The notes: generated by a model from the letters alone, not told the origin. 64,000 nt of DNA from Octopus sinensis (GCF_006345805.1 NC_042999.1:152024001-152088000), one strand, 5' to 3'. Positions 12,331 to 25,195 are shown, counted from the first letter of the stretch. Numbers and translations are program-made.

Positions 12331-12695
12331 TAATAAATGTGTGTCTTTATCCACCAGTGTTTCAGTCGTCATGGTTTGGTAGTGTGGGGAGGATAAAAAA
12401 AAATGAAATCAACAAGTATAAAATAAAATTTATAAAAAAAAATAACAGCCCAAAAAAAAAAAATTCTACCATATCAAAGAACTAACTAGCTGGCTGACTG
12501 GGATGAAAAGCGACAGATTTGCCGAGGGACATAAGGCAGGGAGGAAGATAGGAAGGAAGTTGGTAAATGTGCTCAGTCGGGGTGGGATGGCTTACAAGTG
12601 AGGAGAAGAAGAGAAGGTAAAGAGAGCGGTGTGAGGAAGGGCAACCATAGCAATATATCGATAAAAGAGAGGGAAGGAGATGCAGGAAATGGTGT
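11881..12695. repeat. Tandem duplication of ~370 bp (11881-12256 and 12333-12695) separated by (TA)n
   Basis: Near-identical copies differing mainly by small indels. Confidence 0.9.
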
Positions 12696-12818
12696 ATATA
12701 TGTATATATATATATAATATTATATATATATATATAATATATACACACACATATATACATACATATAAGGTTTGTATTTATAATATACACATATATACAA
12801 TACATATGGTTTGTTATA

Positions 12819-12851
<33 letters not shown>

Positions 12852-14078
12852 CGTATGGATGTGTTTGTGTGTATTTATATATATATATATATATGGATGT
12901 GTGTGTATGTATATATATGTGTGTGTGTGTGTGTATATGGATGTGTTTGTGTGTATGTGTATTTATTTATATATGTGTGTGTGTATATATGGATATGTTT
13001 GTGTGTGTGTGTGTGATAGAGACAGACGGAGGAAAAAGTTGTATGTGAATGAGTGAACGAAGAAGAAAGAGAGAGAGAAAGAGAGAATTGTAAATGATAT
13101 ACAGGAAGCACGAGAGAGTGAGAGCGGAAAAAGGAAATAATATCCTTTCATACAAAAAGTAAAAATGAAAAAAAAATATAAAAAAGAAAGAAACTAATAA
13201 CAATAATAATACTAATACAACCTTCAGAAAAAAGGGTGATAGAAAAGTTAAGAGAAAAATATAGTAAAAAGAAAGAAAGAGAAATAATAAAGAGAAAAAT
13301 TAGAGAATGAGTGAGAGTAGTTAAAAGACAGTCTATGAGTAGTTCTCCAGCCAAGCAGATGGTTTTTGGCTGCTGTCTGAATACAGAACCAATTCAACAC
13401 CAGATTAATGGTTTAAGTGAAGAAAAGGATTTGCCGGAATCTACCTACCTACCTACTTTATAAAACTACCTAACAACAACAAACACACCGAGGGAGAAAT
13501 TGTGTAGAGCAAGTGCTTGTTACTAGCGGCCACAAGTGTTATTGTGGCGGGGGAAAGAAAGAGTGAGAGAGAGAGGGAAAGAAAGAAAGAAAGAGAGAGA
13601 GAGTAGTAACCCTTTTTTTTTTTTTACCATTATTATCGTCATCAGTAGTCGTGGTAGAAAAGGATAGTGCCTTTCCGTTTCGTGTTAGTAAGTACTATGG
13701 CACGAACTAGTTTGGTGTGTGTCGTTGGGACGGTGTTGTGTATATCAGAGACTGGTGGAATTATTTCGTTAAATGGTTTGTTATTTTAACCTCTCACTGC
13801 ACCCGTCACCATTTACCATAGTACACAGCTATTGCTTACATAATCGCTTCTATCACCTCCCCCTTTTTAGAAAGAGAGCGAGAGAGAGAGAGAGAGAGGA
13901 GAAACAAAACTATCATTTAGATTCCACTAACTATTTGTTTACGTTGATGTTTCATGCGATTAACAACGGCAAGATGAAGTGAAAAAGAGATAGAAAGAGA
14001 TCACAAAAGTATTTAAAAATAAAGGATATTGTTGCAGACTTCTGGAAGTTTTATTTCCAATAAATCTACAAAGTAGTT

Positions 14079-14157
14079 TATTGATACAATTTACCAACCT
14101 TACAAACCCATATGGGATTAACTTTAATCCCTCATTTATCACTAACGTCTATAAAAG
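14079..14157 (+). promoter_or_regulatory. Candidate TATA promoter with inverted K50-homeodomain pair and Onecut-type site
   Basis: TATTGAT 14079-14085; GGGATTA-actt-TAATCCC 14114-14131; TATAAAAG 14150-14157; ATG and strong donor downstream. Confidence 0.45.
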
Positions 14158-14243
14158 CTACCGATCCCATTCGGATATATTATACACATATATTTTCAAT
14201 CTGGATAATTATACAAATTTCTCTGTGTTGTCGTTTCTAAAAC

Positions 14244-14283
14244 ATGACTGGTGACATGTTCTGCAGAAAGAAAAAACACAAAG
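14244..14283 (+). CDS. Candidate first coding exon of an unidentified gene (MTGDMFCRKKKHK, phase-1 donor)
   Basis: AAACATG context ~90 bp after TATA; consensus donor AAG|GTAAGT at 14283/14284. Confidence 0.4.
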
Positions 14284-15486
14284 GTAAGTTCGAGTGATCT
14301 TAGCTCTATGTTAAATATTTTGATCGAGGTTCGATCCCTCTTCATTCCTTACGACCTTCGAATGAAATATATATATATTTTTCTTCAAAAGAAAATCCTT
14401 TATCAACTTGTTGTCTCACTAACATCGATCTGTTATTTTTATTCTTTCATAAACACTTCTCACTCAATTCGATCGATTTTTCGTTTGTCTGACATCTAAA
14501 AGTTTTGTCAGGGCGATCAAAGTACATTGAAAGTGCATAGTTGTCGAATGTTTGATTTCATCCACAATCTACATAACGTTATTATGGGTGGGGAAGTAGT
14601 TTTAATTAATTACACGTGTTTATCATGTGTTCCTGTGTTGTTTGACCCCAGGTTAACCCCGATTGAGTAGACTTGCGATCAAGCTACTTATGCTGGTATC
14701 TTCCTGTCTTTTAGGGTCATTTGGGAATTTTTCTTTTTGTACTTAGTTAGGTCTGTAGCAACGTCTCGTCAGATGGGAATAGTAGTAAAAATTTACCGGA
14801 AAAGGGCACTGAATTTTGGGGTAAAATGTAGAAAATATTTCGGGACAAAAAACTCTTTCACAGAAAGAAACAATCACCCGATTCCTTGCCATTTTCCTTC
14901 TCCAGGAGTTGAAAGTGGTAACTGTTCCGAAAAGTACACCGACCAGACATTACTCCCGTCTTGTAAGACGAGTGGAATAGTTTAAATTTACCGAAGAAGG
15001 ATTAGAACATATGACTATTGCAGACACCTCGTGAACAATATATGGCAGAGGGCCTGCAAGGGTCATATCCAACGTGTCTTTCCCCTTTTTCAAGACGGTA
15101 TGACTTGAGGGAAATGTGGCTGCTATTTCTAGCAGTTTTAACAACCACATTGAGTTTACATTGACGGCTCGTTTATCATGTGTTAAGTATAGTTAAGTGT
15201 ACAAACTACCCGTCTTTTCTAGGCCCTACTACATTTAAACTTTACTGCTAGTTCGGCTGTGATATGGTTCACTTGCGTTTTGGGTGTTAACGGTACATAA
15301 ACAAGATATATAACATTACTATTCACTAGAAGTTTCAGAACGTCTTAGGATAGATATCTCTTCACGAAAAGAGGAACACTAAATCTTTAAATAGGTGTAT
15401 CATAATTATAGGTACAGTTGTATATAGTAACACACTTTTATTTTCTCTGTCTATCCGTTTTGTTTGCTGTTTTGTTTCCACTGCAT

Positions 15487-15751
15487 TAGCAGTTCTCAAC
15501 CAAAGTCCATATGACCCTTAGGTGGGGGTCCATATAATTTTTTAAAAAATTAGGTGGGGTCCATATAATTTTTTAAAAAATTTACGCGCAATAAATATTT
15601 CAAAATATTTCAATTTTTTAAAGCAATTCCTAATAATATTTAATTCTAAGAATATAAAAAGATTTTTTAAACATGTAATGGTTATGAGTGTCCACCCGAG
15701 TAAAATAGAAATTAAAGGGGTCCATAGGTGAAAAATGGTTGAGAACCACAG
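15487..15751. mobile_element. hAT-type MITE with internal ~32-bp tandem duplication
   Basis: TIR-like AGCAGTTCTCAACC...GGTTGAGAACCACAG; TAGGTGGGGTCCATATAATTTTT.. present twice. Confidence 0.65.
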
Positions 15752-15772
15752 CGTTACACAGTATTAAAACTA

Positions 15773-15965
15773 CCGGATTTATTCGTGTATAAGAGTCACT
15801 CTTTTATACTTGATTTTAAAAAAAATCTTGGTTGCGACTTATATACAGGTCAAAGCTGATATCAGGTTTTTGAATATGAAAGCAATAAAATTTGGTACCA
15901 AGATTTAATATTAAATTAGGGGTGCAGCTGATAGACGGGTGCAACTTGTGGGCGAGTGAATACGG
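15773..15965. mobile_element. pogo/Tigger-like MITE
   Basis: TA-CCGGATTTATTCG...CGAGTGAATACGG termini. Confidence 0.6.
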
Positions 15966-16307
15966 CAGAGTAACGCATGTCGAGAAAACGTGTTGCTATG
16001 ATGACATTCGTTTCTTCCCACTTGAATCGAAGTTCAATGCCGCATTAAGGAAGTTGTGTGAGGGAGGTGCTGTGAGATTTATTATAGCTTTAACCGTAAT
16101 TATATAAATTAGACGGTTACTGTTTACATCGTGACATCAACCAGTTAGACTATATAAATAAACCTTGCTGAGGCGATCCGACGGCTTATTTAAATAGTCC
16201 AAAAAGAAGCTGGGCAGTTAATTGGTCCACGACTCGCTTAATTGTTTCGTTTTACACTGTGAAATTGATGATTTCTCGTCAACCTTAACCTCTTGAGATT
16301 TGAGCTT

Positions 16308-16697
16308 ACCTAACCTAAATGTGTCCCACCCGAATTTATTTCCTCATAACTTTCAGAAAAAAGGGATATTTATAAATGAAATTTTTTTTTACAAATACCT
16401 TTCAGATGGTGTAAAATGCGATGATATCTGAATTTAATTGGAATGATTGGTGCGCACACATACATACTGACACACATCAACATATATCTATGAAATAAAA
16501 CCTGAAATTAAAAAACAAATTATATGTTTGTATGTACGTGTGCACGCCCACCTTTTTCTCCTCCAACATTAAATTCCGATATTATCGTAATCCGCACAAT
16601 CTGTAAGGTATTTGTAGAAAATTTCATCCAAAATATCAATTTCTCTGAAAGTTATGAAGGAACAAATCGTGGGGTGGAGCTTGGGGCACCCAAGGTA
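16308..16697. mobile_element. MITE with long imperfect TIRs (Tc1/mariner-like)
   Basis: TCATAACTTTCAGA..TACAAATACCTT.CAGAT versus ATCTGTAAGGTATTTGTA..TCTGAAAGTTATGA inverted, ~150-bp arms. Confidence 0.65.
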
Positions 16698-16735
16698 TGA
16701 ATAATAATAATAATAATTAATATATATTATATATA

Positions 16736-16780
<45 letters not shown>

Positions 16781-17125
16781 TGGGAGTGTAAGGGAACATT
16801 CACATCAGCTGAGCTGAAATGATTCCAGATGAGAATGGAAACCAAATTGGTGTCTCGGGTCACCAATAATTGCATATTTTCTGTAATTACTAACGCTTAA
16901 AAATATACGATTTCATCCCGTGTGTAATCTTTGTACTGTTAGAATTTAATGGAACGGTACTATTAATTGCAAACATTTGGTGTTTATGGAAATGTAAGGA
17001 ATCGCTATCTCAAAGTGAAAATGATGAAGCTATCTTTTAAAGTTAAGTAGGCGCGCGCGCACGTGTGTGTGTGTGTGTGTGTGTGCATGCGTATGTGTCA
17101 CGAGTACTACAGGTTTGATGTATTG

Positions 17126-17288
17126 AATTATTATTATTTTACTATTATTATTATCTATTATTATTATCTATTTTATTATTATTATTATTATGGTACTACT
17201 ATTGAATTATTATTATTTTACTATTATTATAATAATAATAATTATTATTATCTATTATTATTATCATGGTACTACTAGCGAAGATTGG

Positions 17289-17326
<38 letters not shown>

Positions 17327-17372
17327 TACTACTATACTACTACTACTACTACTACTATTATTATTAATATTG
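17126..17372. repeat. (ATT)n/(ACT)n low-complexity tract
   Basis: Directly visible. Confidence 0.9.
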
Positions 17373-18351
17373 TTATCTTGTAAGTGTAGATGTATATTGT
17401 ATACTATTAATTTTGGACATAAATAGAATGTAGCAGAGATAAAATAGGAAATATAGTTATTTGTTATTAGTTGTATTGATATCGGGTTTATGATGCGAGA
17501 ATTATCAAGTTGAATCAGTTAATAATAGTCTCAAAAACGTTTATTGATGTACGAACGTATAACATTCTTAAAATATTCGCGCGTGCTAGTACACACACAC
17601 ACGCACACGTATATATTACTTTACAATATGTTTGATATTTAGAAGTAATAACAATATATATATATATATATATATATATCATTTCTATGTGGATTTTCTT
17701 TTTGTTTTGTCCTTCATAAAGTAGTTTTAATAATTTCGTCTATTCAATTCTTTATACGAAATTCATTGATCGGAATTTCATATTTTAGATTGAAGCTATT
17801 TAGTTCACTCAACACTTTTATCACTTGTTCTTGTATAGTATAGCAAAACACCAAAATCATAGCTTCTGTCAGATTCCTCTTGGCGGAGAGACTATTTTAT
17901 ATTCACACATACAGTCACATGCACACACGTGTGTGCGTATGTGTGTTACTTTTATGATTCCTTTTTTTTTTTTTTTTTTTTTTCAATGAATTATTATCTG
18001 TCTTCGGGAACAAGAGAAATTCTTCTAAATTCTTACAAAGTAAAAATAAAAGAGGTAAAATGTGCTGAATAAGGAATTAATCGCTCTATCTAGAATGGAA
18101 TGACTGCATTTCGATAATTAAAATAAGCTCAATAAAGTTTTAACAGTAAGTTTAGATTTAGAAAGCACATCTTTATTTAGTGTATTTCATCTTCTTAAAA
18201 CTACATACAGAAAACATCGACACTTGATCTATCTGTCTATCTAACTCTATTTATCTATCTATCTATCTACCCCCCTCTCTCTCTCTTTATATATATATAT
18301 ATATATTATATATATATATATATATAGGTAAACAGTAAAAATAATTACAGA

Positions 18352-18470
18352 CATGGACAAGAACATGAAACACCACAGAGACGACACAAGAACCACAGGA
18401 CGGGACATTCGAAGCCCTCAGTCATCAGTCAAGAACCAGATCATCTTTGCAATTTCGGCTGATTAATCTT
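18352..18470 (-). mobile_element. Penelope-like-derived repeat (second copy at ~23060-23165)
   Basis: Shared ATGG(G)ACAAGAAC...CAGAGACGACAC...CATTCGAAGCC..TCAGTCA.GAACC.GATCATC...TTCGGCTGAT; hammerhead-core words on minus strand; flanked by (TA)n. Confidence 0.55.
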
Positions 18471-19201
18471 ATATATATATATAAAATTTAAATGATAAAT
18501 TGAATATTAATTTAATTAATATCAATTTAAAACCCAGTAGCCTAACGTATAAAAAAATCTGAAAAATCTGATTTTTCAGATATATATATATTGTGTGAAG
18601 TTATAATTAGAAAAACAATCAATATTGAACTCTAGAATTGCTGAATACGTTTTTGTTGAATACTTGTGTTAAACTTATAGAATCAACATTTCCCTCTCTT
18701 TATTGACATGAAATTTGGTTCTATTTTAAAGAGAGTTCACTATCACCCCTGTTGGTTGACCGCCTGGCAAGTCATTGGTCAGTTTAATCGTAAAGTGTAG
18801 TCTTGATTGAATCGTAGTTATTCGATCGCTCGTTGCATTGTTATAAGAGTCTAATAACTGGCAAATGGACCAGAAGATTAACAACGACTACTACTTGTTG
18901 ATTCGATGTCTTGTAGATCTTTGAAGTCAAGAATAGATTAAACTAATCCATTACACTTGTGATACCGAAATAATAACTTTACCAGATGGCACTTAACGAA
19001 ACATGTACAACCGATGTTAGACACGACAAAATTGGATTTGTCATGCATGATTTAATTCGCGAGTATGTCTGAAACATTTTGGTAAACATGGAATATTGTC
19101 TTGCCCTTAGGGCATCGCATTCAAAACGTTCAGTTTGGAAACGAATACGCTCTTAAAGAGGTGGCTTTCTAATCTGCTTTGCCAATTACGAATTAACCAT
19201 A

Positions 19202-19590
19202 AGGCGACGGACGAGCAGGCAAAATCGTTAGCACGTCAGGCAAAATGCTTAAGCGGTATTTCGTCTGGGTTACGTTGTGAGTTCAAATTCCGCCGAGGTC
19301 GACTTTGCCTTTCATCCTTTCGGGGTCGATAAATTAAGTGCCAGTTACGCACTGGGGTCGATGTAATCGACTTAATACCTATGTCTGTCCTTGTTTGTCC
19401 CCTCTGTGTTTAGCCCCTTGTGGGTAATAAAGAAATAGGTATTTCGTCTGAGTTCAAATTCCGCCGAGGTCAGTTTTGCTTTTCGTCCTTTTGGGATCGA
19501 TAAAATAAGTACCAGTTGAGCACTGGGATCGATGTAATCGACTTGTTTCATCCCCCTAACTTGCTGGCTTTTAGTCAAAATTTGAAACTA
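19202..19590 (+). mobile_element. SINE family A dimer
   Basis: One head, with the body restarting at GGTATTTCGTCTG. Confidence 0.85.
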
Positions 19591-20236
19591 GTTACTCACG
19601 AATAAAGAAAAACGAAACTAAAATAAAAAGACTGTAGACGAACATAGCTGTTTTAAGAAGCTAATTGTGTGTTCATTTAATAAATATATCCATATAAATA
19701 AAGTATAATTTAAATAGGTGGGTGATGGATGAGAGACCGAATTAACTCTGCATATTTATTATCCAAACTGAATACAAAATGCAATATTTCATCACACCCT
19801 TACGTACTCGATAAATAGCTAGCTGTCTACTCGTTTTACTCGGATCAATAATTATTAATTATCAATTGCCGAGATCAATTATAACTTCCAGTCAGCCAGC
19901 CTCTATATATCTTAAATGCTGATCGGTCGTTTTAACCAATAATTATCAAGTATAAATCTATCCCAGTATTTCACACGCTATTAATATTGTCCAGCTTTCC
20001 GAAATTGTACACGTCTTAGAGTGAGACTTAAGTATTTTTAAGGCATAGCCTGAGGGGAATCGGAGAAAATTAGGGTTTTCTTTAGATTTACTACATAATA
20101 TATATATAAGAAAATGGAGGAACAGATTCCTTTCAATCATCAACTTACAGATTATACCAATTCATATTATTTATTAACTACTTAAATAGGAACATCCAAA
20201 TCCAACAGAATAAAACAATATACATCAATAAGTAAG

Positions 20237-20325
<89 letters not shown>

Positions 20326-20668
20326 CTCGGTCAGAGTTTCAAAGAGAATGAATTGTAGACATGACTGTGTGTGTGTAATATTTTGGACTAATGAGTATAC
20401 GTCAGTTAGTGTACTCATGTGTACTCATGTGTTGAGTATGCACTGGCATACTTTGGGGTACCTGGTGTCATACCCCAACCTGCGGATGACATCAGGTATA
20501 TGTGTTGTGTGTATGAAAACAATTTGATTTAAATTCGTTAGTACTCTTGAATTTCAAGCGTGATGCTAGTCATCAGCCATTTTGAATTTGAACCAAACTG
20601 TTTTGATTCCTACATGTAACTCCCAATAAATTTGTCAAGCGCCCTTCTTTCGTTTGTCCACTCACTCG

Positions 20669-20700
<32 letters not shown>

Positions 20701-20837
20701 GTATTGGTATCCAGAAGACCCAAGTGGCAGGTAAGACTACGCAAGTGCTACGGAAGAACCGTAGTTGAACTCTCGGTTCGATAATAATACAAGTGAGGAG
20801 TCTAACGCGGGTCTAATGCATGTATATGTTAAATAAA

Positions 20838-21212
20838 ATGAGACAACAAAGCCAAGGCTGTATGAAATTTTCGGGACATTTATAAAGAGAAAGTTAGTCT
20901 TCCCTTCATCAGAGACGATGTGAGATGGTTAAATAAAGGGAAATAATAGAGTTCAGTATAAGGAGTTATTTTGGAAGAGGATGGAAATAAGAAGTATAAA
21001 GGGAAATAAGAAAATAAAAGTAAAGATAAAAATATATGTAGGATGCTATTGTTGCAGTTCCATTATTCAAGGATAATGAACTTTAACATTTCCCTCTATT
21101 TAACCATTTCACATAGTCTCTGATGAAGGGATATCGCTAATATCTCAGAAAGACTAACTTTCTCTTTATAAATGTCCTTAAAATTCCACACAGCCTTGGC
21201 TTTGTTGCCTTA
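20838..21212. mobile_element. Inverted-repeat Penelope-like pLTR remnant with hammerhead relics
   Basis: Arms 20838-20945 and ~21088-21212 are reverse complements; + arm has AGTCT-CTGATGA-AGGGATA..TATCTCA-GAAA-GACT. Confidence 0.7.
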
Positions 21213-21224
21213 TATATATATATA

Positions 21225-21463
21225 CTAGTATCATAACCCGATTTCATTCGAGTCTACTCGGGCCACATTTTAAAGATGAAGAATTTTGCCCTAGAGTTTG
21301 CCTAGAATTTTGCCTTTCAATTGAGCAAACTCAAAGTTGCTATGCAAACTCCCCAGCCCTTTTAACGTAGGTGTGCAAATTTTCAGGTGACTCCGACCAC
21401 ATTTACTAACACTTTTGCCTGCTTGTGAGATAACGTCCGCCCATTTCACAAATATACAGTAGA
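21225..21463 (-). mobile_element. Non-autonomous Helitron
   Basis: Minus strand starts A|TCTACTGTATATTTG, has a CCCGA..TCGGG subterminal hairpin and ends CTAG|T. Confidence 0.7.
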
Positions 21464-21467
21464 TATC

Positions 21468-21832
21468 GTGCCACTCCGTCCGTTACGGCGACGAGAGTTC
21501 AAGTTGATCCGACCAACGGAACAGCCTGCTCGTGAAATTAACGTGCAAGTGGCTGAGCACTCCACAGATACGTGTACCCTTAACGTAGTTTTTGGTGGGA
21601 TTCAGCGTGACACAGAATGTGACAAGACTTGCCCCTTTGAAATACAGGTATAACAGAAACAGCAAGAAAAAGTGAGAGAAAGTTGTGGTGAAAGAGTACA
21701 GCAAGGTTCGCCACCACCCACTGCCGGAGCCCCGTGGAGCTTTAAGTGTTTTCGCTCAATAAGCACTCACAACGCCCGGTCTGAGAATGGAAACATTGCG
21801 AGTCCGCTGCTCTAACCACTGGGCCATAGAGC
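21468..21832 (-). mobile_element. SINE family C
   Basis: Reverse complement of tRNA head (TGGCCCAGTGGTTAGAGCAGCGGACTCGC) and family C tail. Confidence 0.8.
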
Positions 21833-22509
21833 CTCCACACACACACACACACACACACAAGCCAATATATATATATATTGTGTCTGGGGAGAATCATATT
21901 GTTTTAATGTCTTATCTAACACACGCACCGGTTCGATTTCCACTCATTTATTATTTTTCTTTTTTCTTCCAAAATTTTCGTTGCCTTTGCAATCTTGTCA
22001 ACGGATGTGGACACTGTCCGTTATAGGAGCTGCGTTCTTTTTTGTCTGTGTGTGTGTGTGTCAGCGTGCATGTGTGCTTGTGTATGCACGCGTGTGTGTG
22101 TGTATGCATATATGTATATCTGCATGTGTGTATTTGTGTGTGCCATACACACACACACATACACGAGGAGCTTCTTTCAGTTTCTGTCTACAAAATCCAC
22201 TCACAAGGCTTTGGTCAGCCCGCGGCATAAGGACGTCTAAGCTGTTTTGAAATAGGAGTCAAAGTCCCAAAAAAACACCAATAACACTGAAAATATGACA
22301 GAGAACAACAGTAAGCGGGCGAACGGTTAAGGAATTAAAAACATACCATTTAAGATAATGACATTATTGCTGTTACTGGGTATCAATCTCTTCTATTTGC
22401 CGCAGATAATATTAACAACAATAATATCTTTTTGAATATTCACTTCTCATACATACATACATACATACATCATACATACATACATACATACATACATGCA
22501 TGCATGCAT

Positions 22510-22540
<31 letters not shown>

Positions 22541-22663
22541 CACACACACACAAAGCCAAGCATCACCACCGGATCATTCTGCACATCTGTGTAATTTTTC
22601 GCTCAATTCCACCCAGCCGTTTGACCGTGAATCCCAAAACAAGAAAGAATCGCCCATACCAAA

Positions 22664-22694
<31 letters not shown>

Positions 22695-22723
22695 CTCTCC
22701 TTTCTGTGTTTCTTCTCTGTGTA

Positions 22724-22761
22724 TCTTTCTGTTGAAGAGCGTAGGCTCGAAACGTTAAAGA
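22724..22761 (+). ncRNA. Penelope-type minimal type I hammerhead-like motif (A6>U variant)
   Basis: TCTTT-CTGTTGA-A-GAGC(GTAG)GCTC-GAAA-CG-TT-AAAGA: stems I and II perfect, palindromic ACGT stem III; truncated sister copy on minus at ~25391-25498. Confidence 0.6.
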
Positions 22762-22991
22762 CTTGTTTTATTTATATTTCCTGAGCGCCATACTAATACA
22801 ATTGTTTGTTTGTATTCCGCCTGCCTTCGTCTTTTGTTTATTTTCGTAAACCTGCCTTCGTCTTTTGTCTATTTTCATAAAGCTTCCCGTTATATATATA
22901 TATATATCATTGTGTTCAACGTTTTTTTGATGTCCTGTACCCATATATGCATGTATATATGTAGGTATGTACATATGTATGTGTGTATATA

Positions 22992-23035
<44 letters not shown>

Positions 23036-23564
23036 GTATAAAAACTATATATAAAAAATACAAAATGGGACAAGAACGCAAAATACACAGAGACGACACA
23101 AAAAACGGACGGGTCATTCGAAGCCTCAGTCAGGAACCGGATCATCATAGCAAACTTCGGCTGATATATATATATATATACTGTATATAGTCAGTTGATG
23201 ACAGTCAGAGATCCTCAGTACACAAGACACTTTGTAGCGCTCAGGTGATACAAACTAAGACCCGATGTCGTTACAGAGGATCAATTCCACGGAATAAAGA
23301 TTGGCTATAAGAGGGATCTAGTTTGATTATCCGCATAATTGCCCCACCTCTCTCTCTCTATCTGTCTGTGTATGTATATATGTATCTATGTATGTATGTA
23401 TAATGGTAGTGGGTGGTTTGTGAGTGATTTGGTGGCTATTCATTGCAAGTCTTTCGATTACGTTGTGCCTCTCTCTTTGTTAGCTCGATGTAATTCATGT
23501 TTCATTTTGTTTTGGGTAGGTCAGCATATTTTAATCCCACGCGCGCGCGCTAGATAGATAGGTG

Positions 23565-23905
23565 TAGCATGGATGTGTAGTAAGAGATTTGGTTCTCAAC
23601 CACATGATTCTGGGTTCAGTCCCGCTCGGTGAGACACTTTGGACACATGTCTTCTACTACAACTTTAGTCCGACCAAAGCCTTATGGGTGGGTTTGGTAG
23701 ATAGTAACTGAAAGAAGCCGATCGTGTATGTGTATGTGTGTGTGTGTGTGTGTGTGTGACCACCGTTTGAGAACGGTATTGGTTTGTTTACATCCCTGTA
23801 ATCTAAGCGGTTTGGCAAAAAGAGACAGAATAAATAGCCGTTTAAACCTTCGAGGCGTGCCCCAGCATGGCCGTAGTCCAATGAAACAAGTAAAAGATAA
23901 AAGAT
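23565..23905 (+). mobile_element. SINE family B
   Basis: B box GGGTTCAGTCCC, internal (TG)n, tail GAAACAAGTAAAAGATAAAAG. Confidence 0.8.
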
Positions 23906-24318
23906 ATTGTTGCCGTTCTATATTTTAATATGTGTCATTGCTTGGCAGAATTCGAATCAGTGATTTGTCAAAAGAGGAAAAACTCCACAGAATTCTTCGT
24001 CACCAGCTGCGTTTATGCCTATTTATTTATTATTTTTTCTCCATGCATTACCCTCTTACTCCACCGTTTACACATACTATTATTCCATCATTCACACACA
24101 CACACACACATTCACATACATAGTTAAAAAAAAAAACCACGAACATATGTAAATATATATATATATTGATTTGACACAGTGTGTCTGCTTGCTGACAGGA
24201 GTTCTCGTTTGAAAGAAATCTGGCTGTCTGTCTGAATTATATCAATCACGATAGCATGGCACCTTTGATATAGCGGCACCTGTAACTGTAAAAGAAACTT
24301 AGCCGAATGCATGCATAG

Positions 24319-24391
<73 letters not shown>

Positions 24392-24436
24392 CCTATCTAT
24401 CTACCTACCTACCTACCTACCTACCTACCTATCTAT
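24319..24436. repeat. (ATCT)n grading into (ACCT)n
   Basis: Directly visible. Confidence 0.95.
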
Positions 24437-24539
24437 TCAGTTTATTTTAAGATTTATTTTATTATATTTATTTAGTTATCTATTTTTGTTATTCGGACAC
24501 TCAGTTAAACTGTGACTCCTTATCAAGGGGTAAGGGAAC

Positions 24540-24581
<42 letters not shown>

Positions 24582-25195
24582 TATATGATTGAACGCCACG
24601 AATCCTCTTCCAAGTAAGTTTTCTCTTAACAATTCTGATGCGCACTCTATAAGATCTTTTTACTCTTTCGTTTTTCACTCTTTCTCTCTCTTATTCTTTT
24701 GCCTCCTCTTCTCCCACTATTCTATCCTATTACTTTGTCACTCTCTCTTCCTTGCTCCCGTGACTCGCACGTGACCATCGCCATCTTTCTTTCTTTCTCT
24801 CCGTTGTAGCTGGAACAAGGAAGACGTGTTCTTATTTGTCTCCTGTCCCAAGCTTGATTTACGCGTTCGCCACCACAACCTCGTTTAGGCTTAGCAGCCC
24901 TTCCTGTTGGTTTTCACTGTCCAGTTTGTGTTACTAATTTTGACTCTCCGCAAAATCCCAAATTTTGTCTAATTTGCTTTGCGGGAGCAAGTGTTTTATC
25001 GAAAGCGTATATTTTTGTTAAATGCTCAAAATACGAGACTAGAAAAACAGCCAACAACTGATGAAGGGTCGTTCTTTATGTTTGTTTTGTTTTCCATTTG
25101 TGCCTTTCGTTGTTCGAAAGAATAATTCGTGTTCCATGTACTCGTGCTTCGTATTTTTTCGTTGTACACATTTCATGACGTCCTATGCCCACATA

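Noticed and set aside
13459-13465. Additional TATAAAA in the GA-rich region
   Set aside because: Could mark an upstream TSS but has no independent support; TATA words are frequent in this AT-rich DNA
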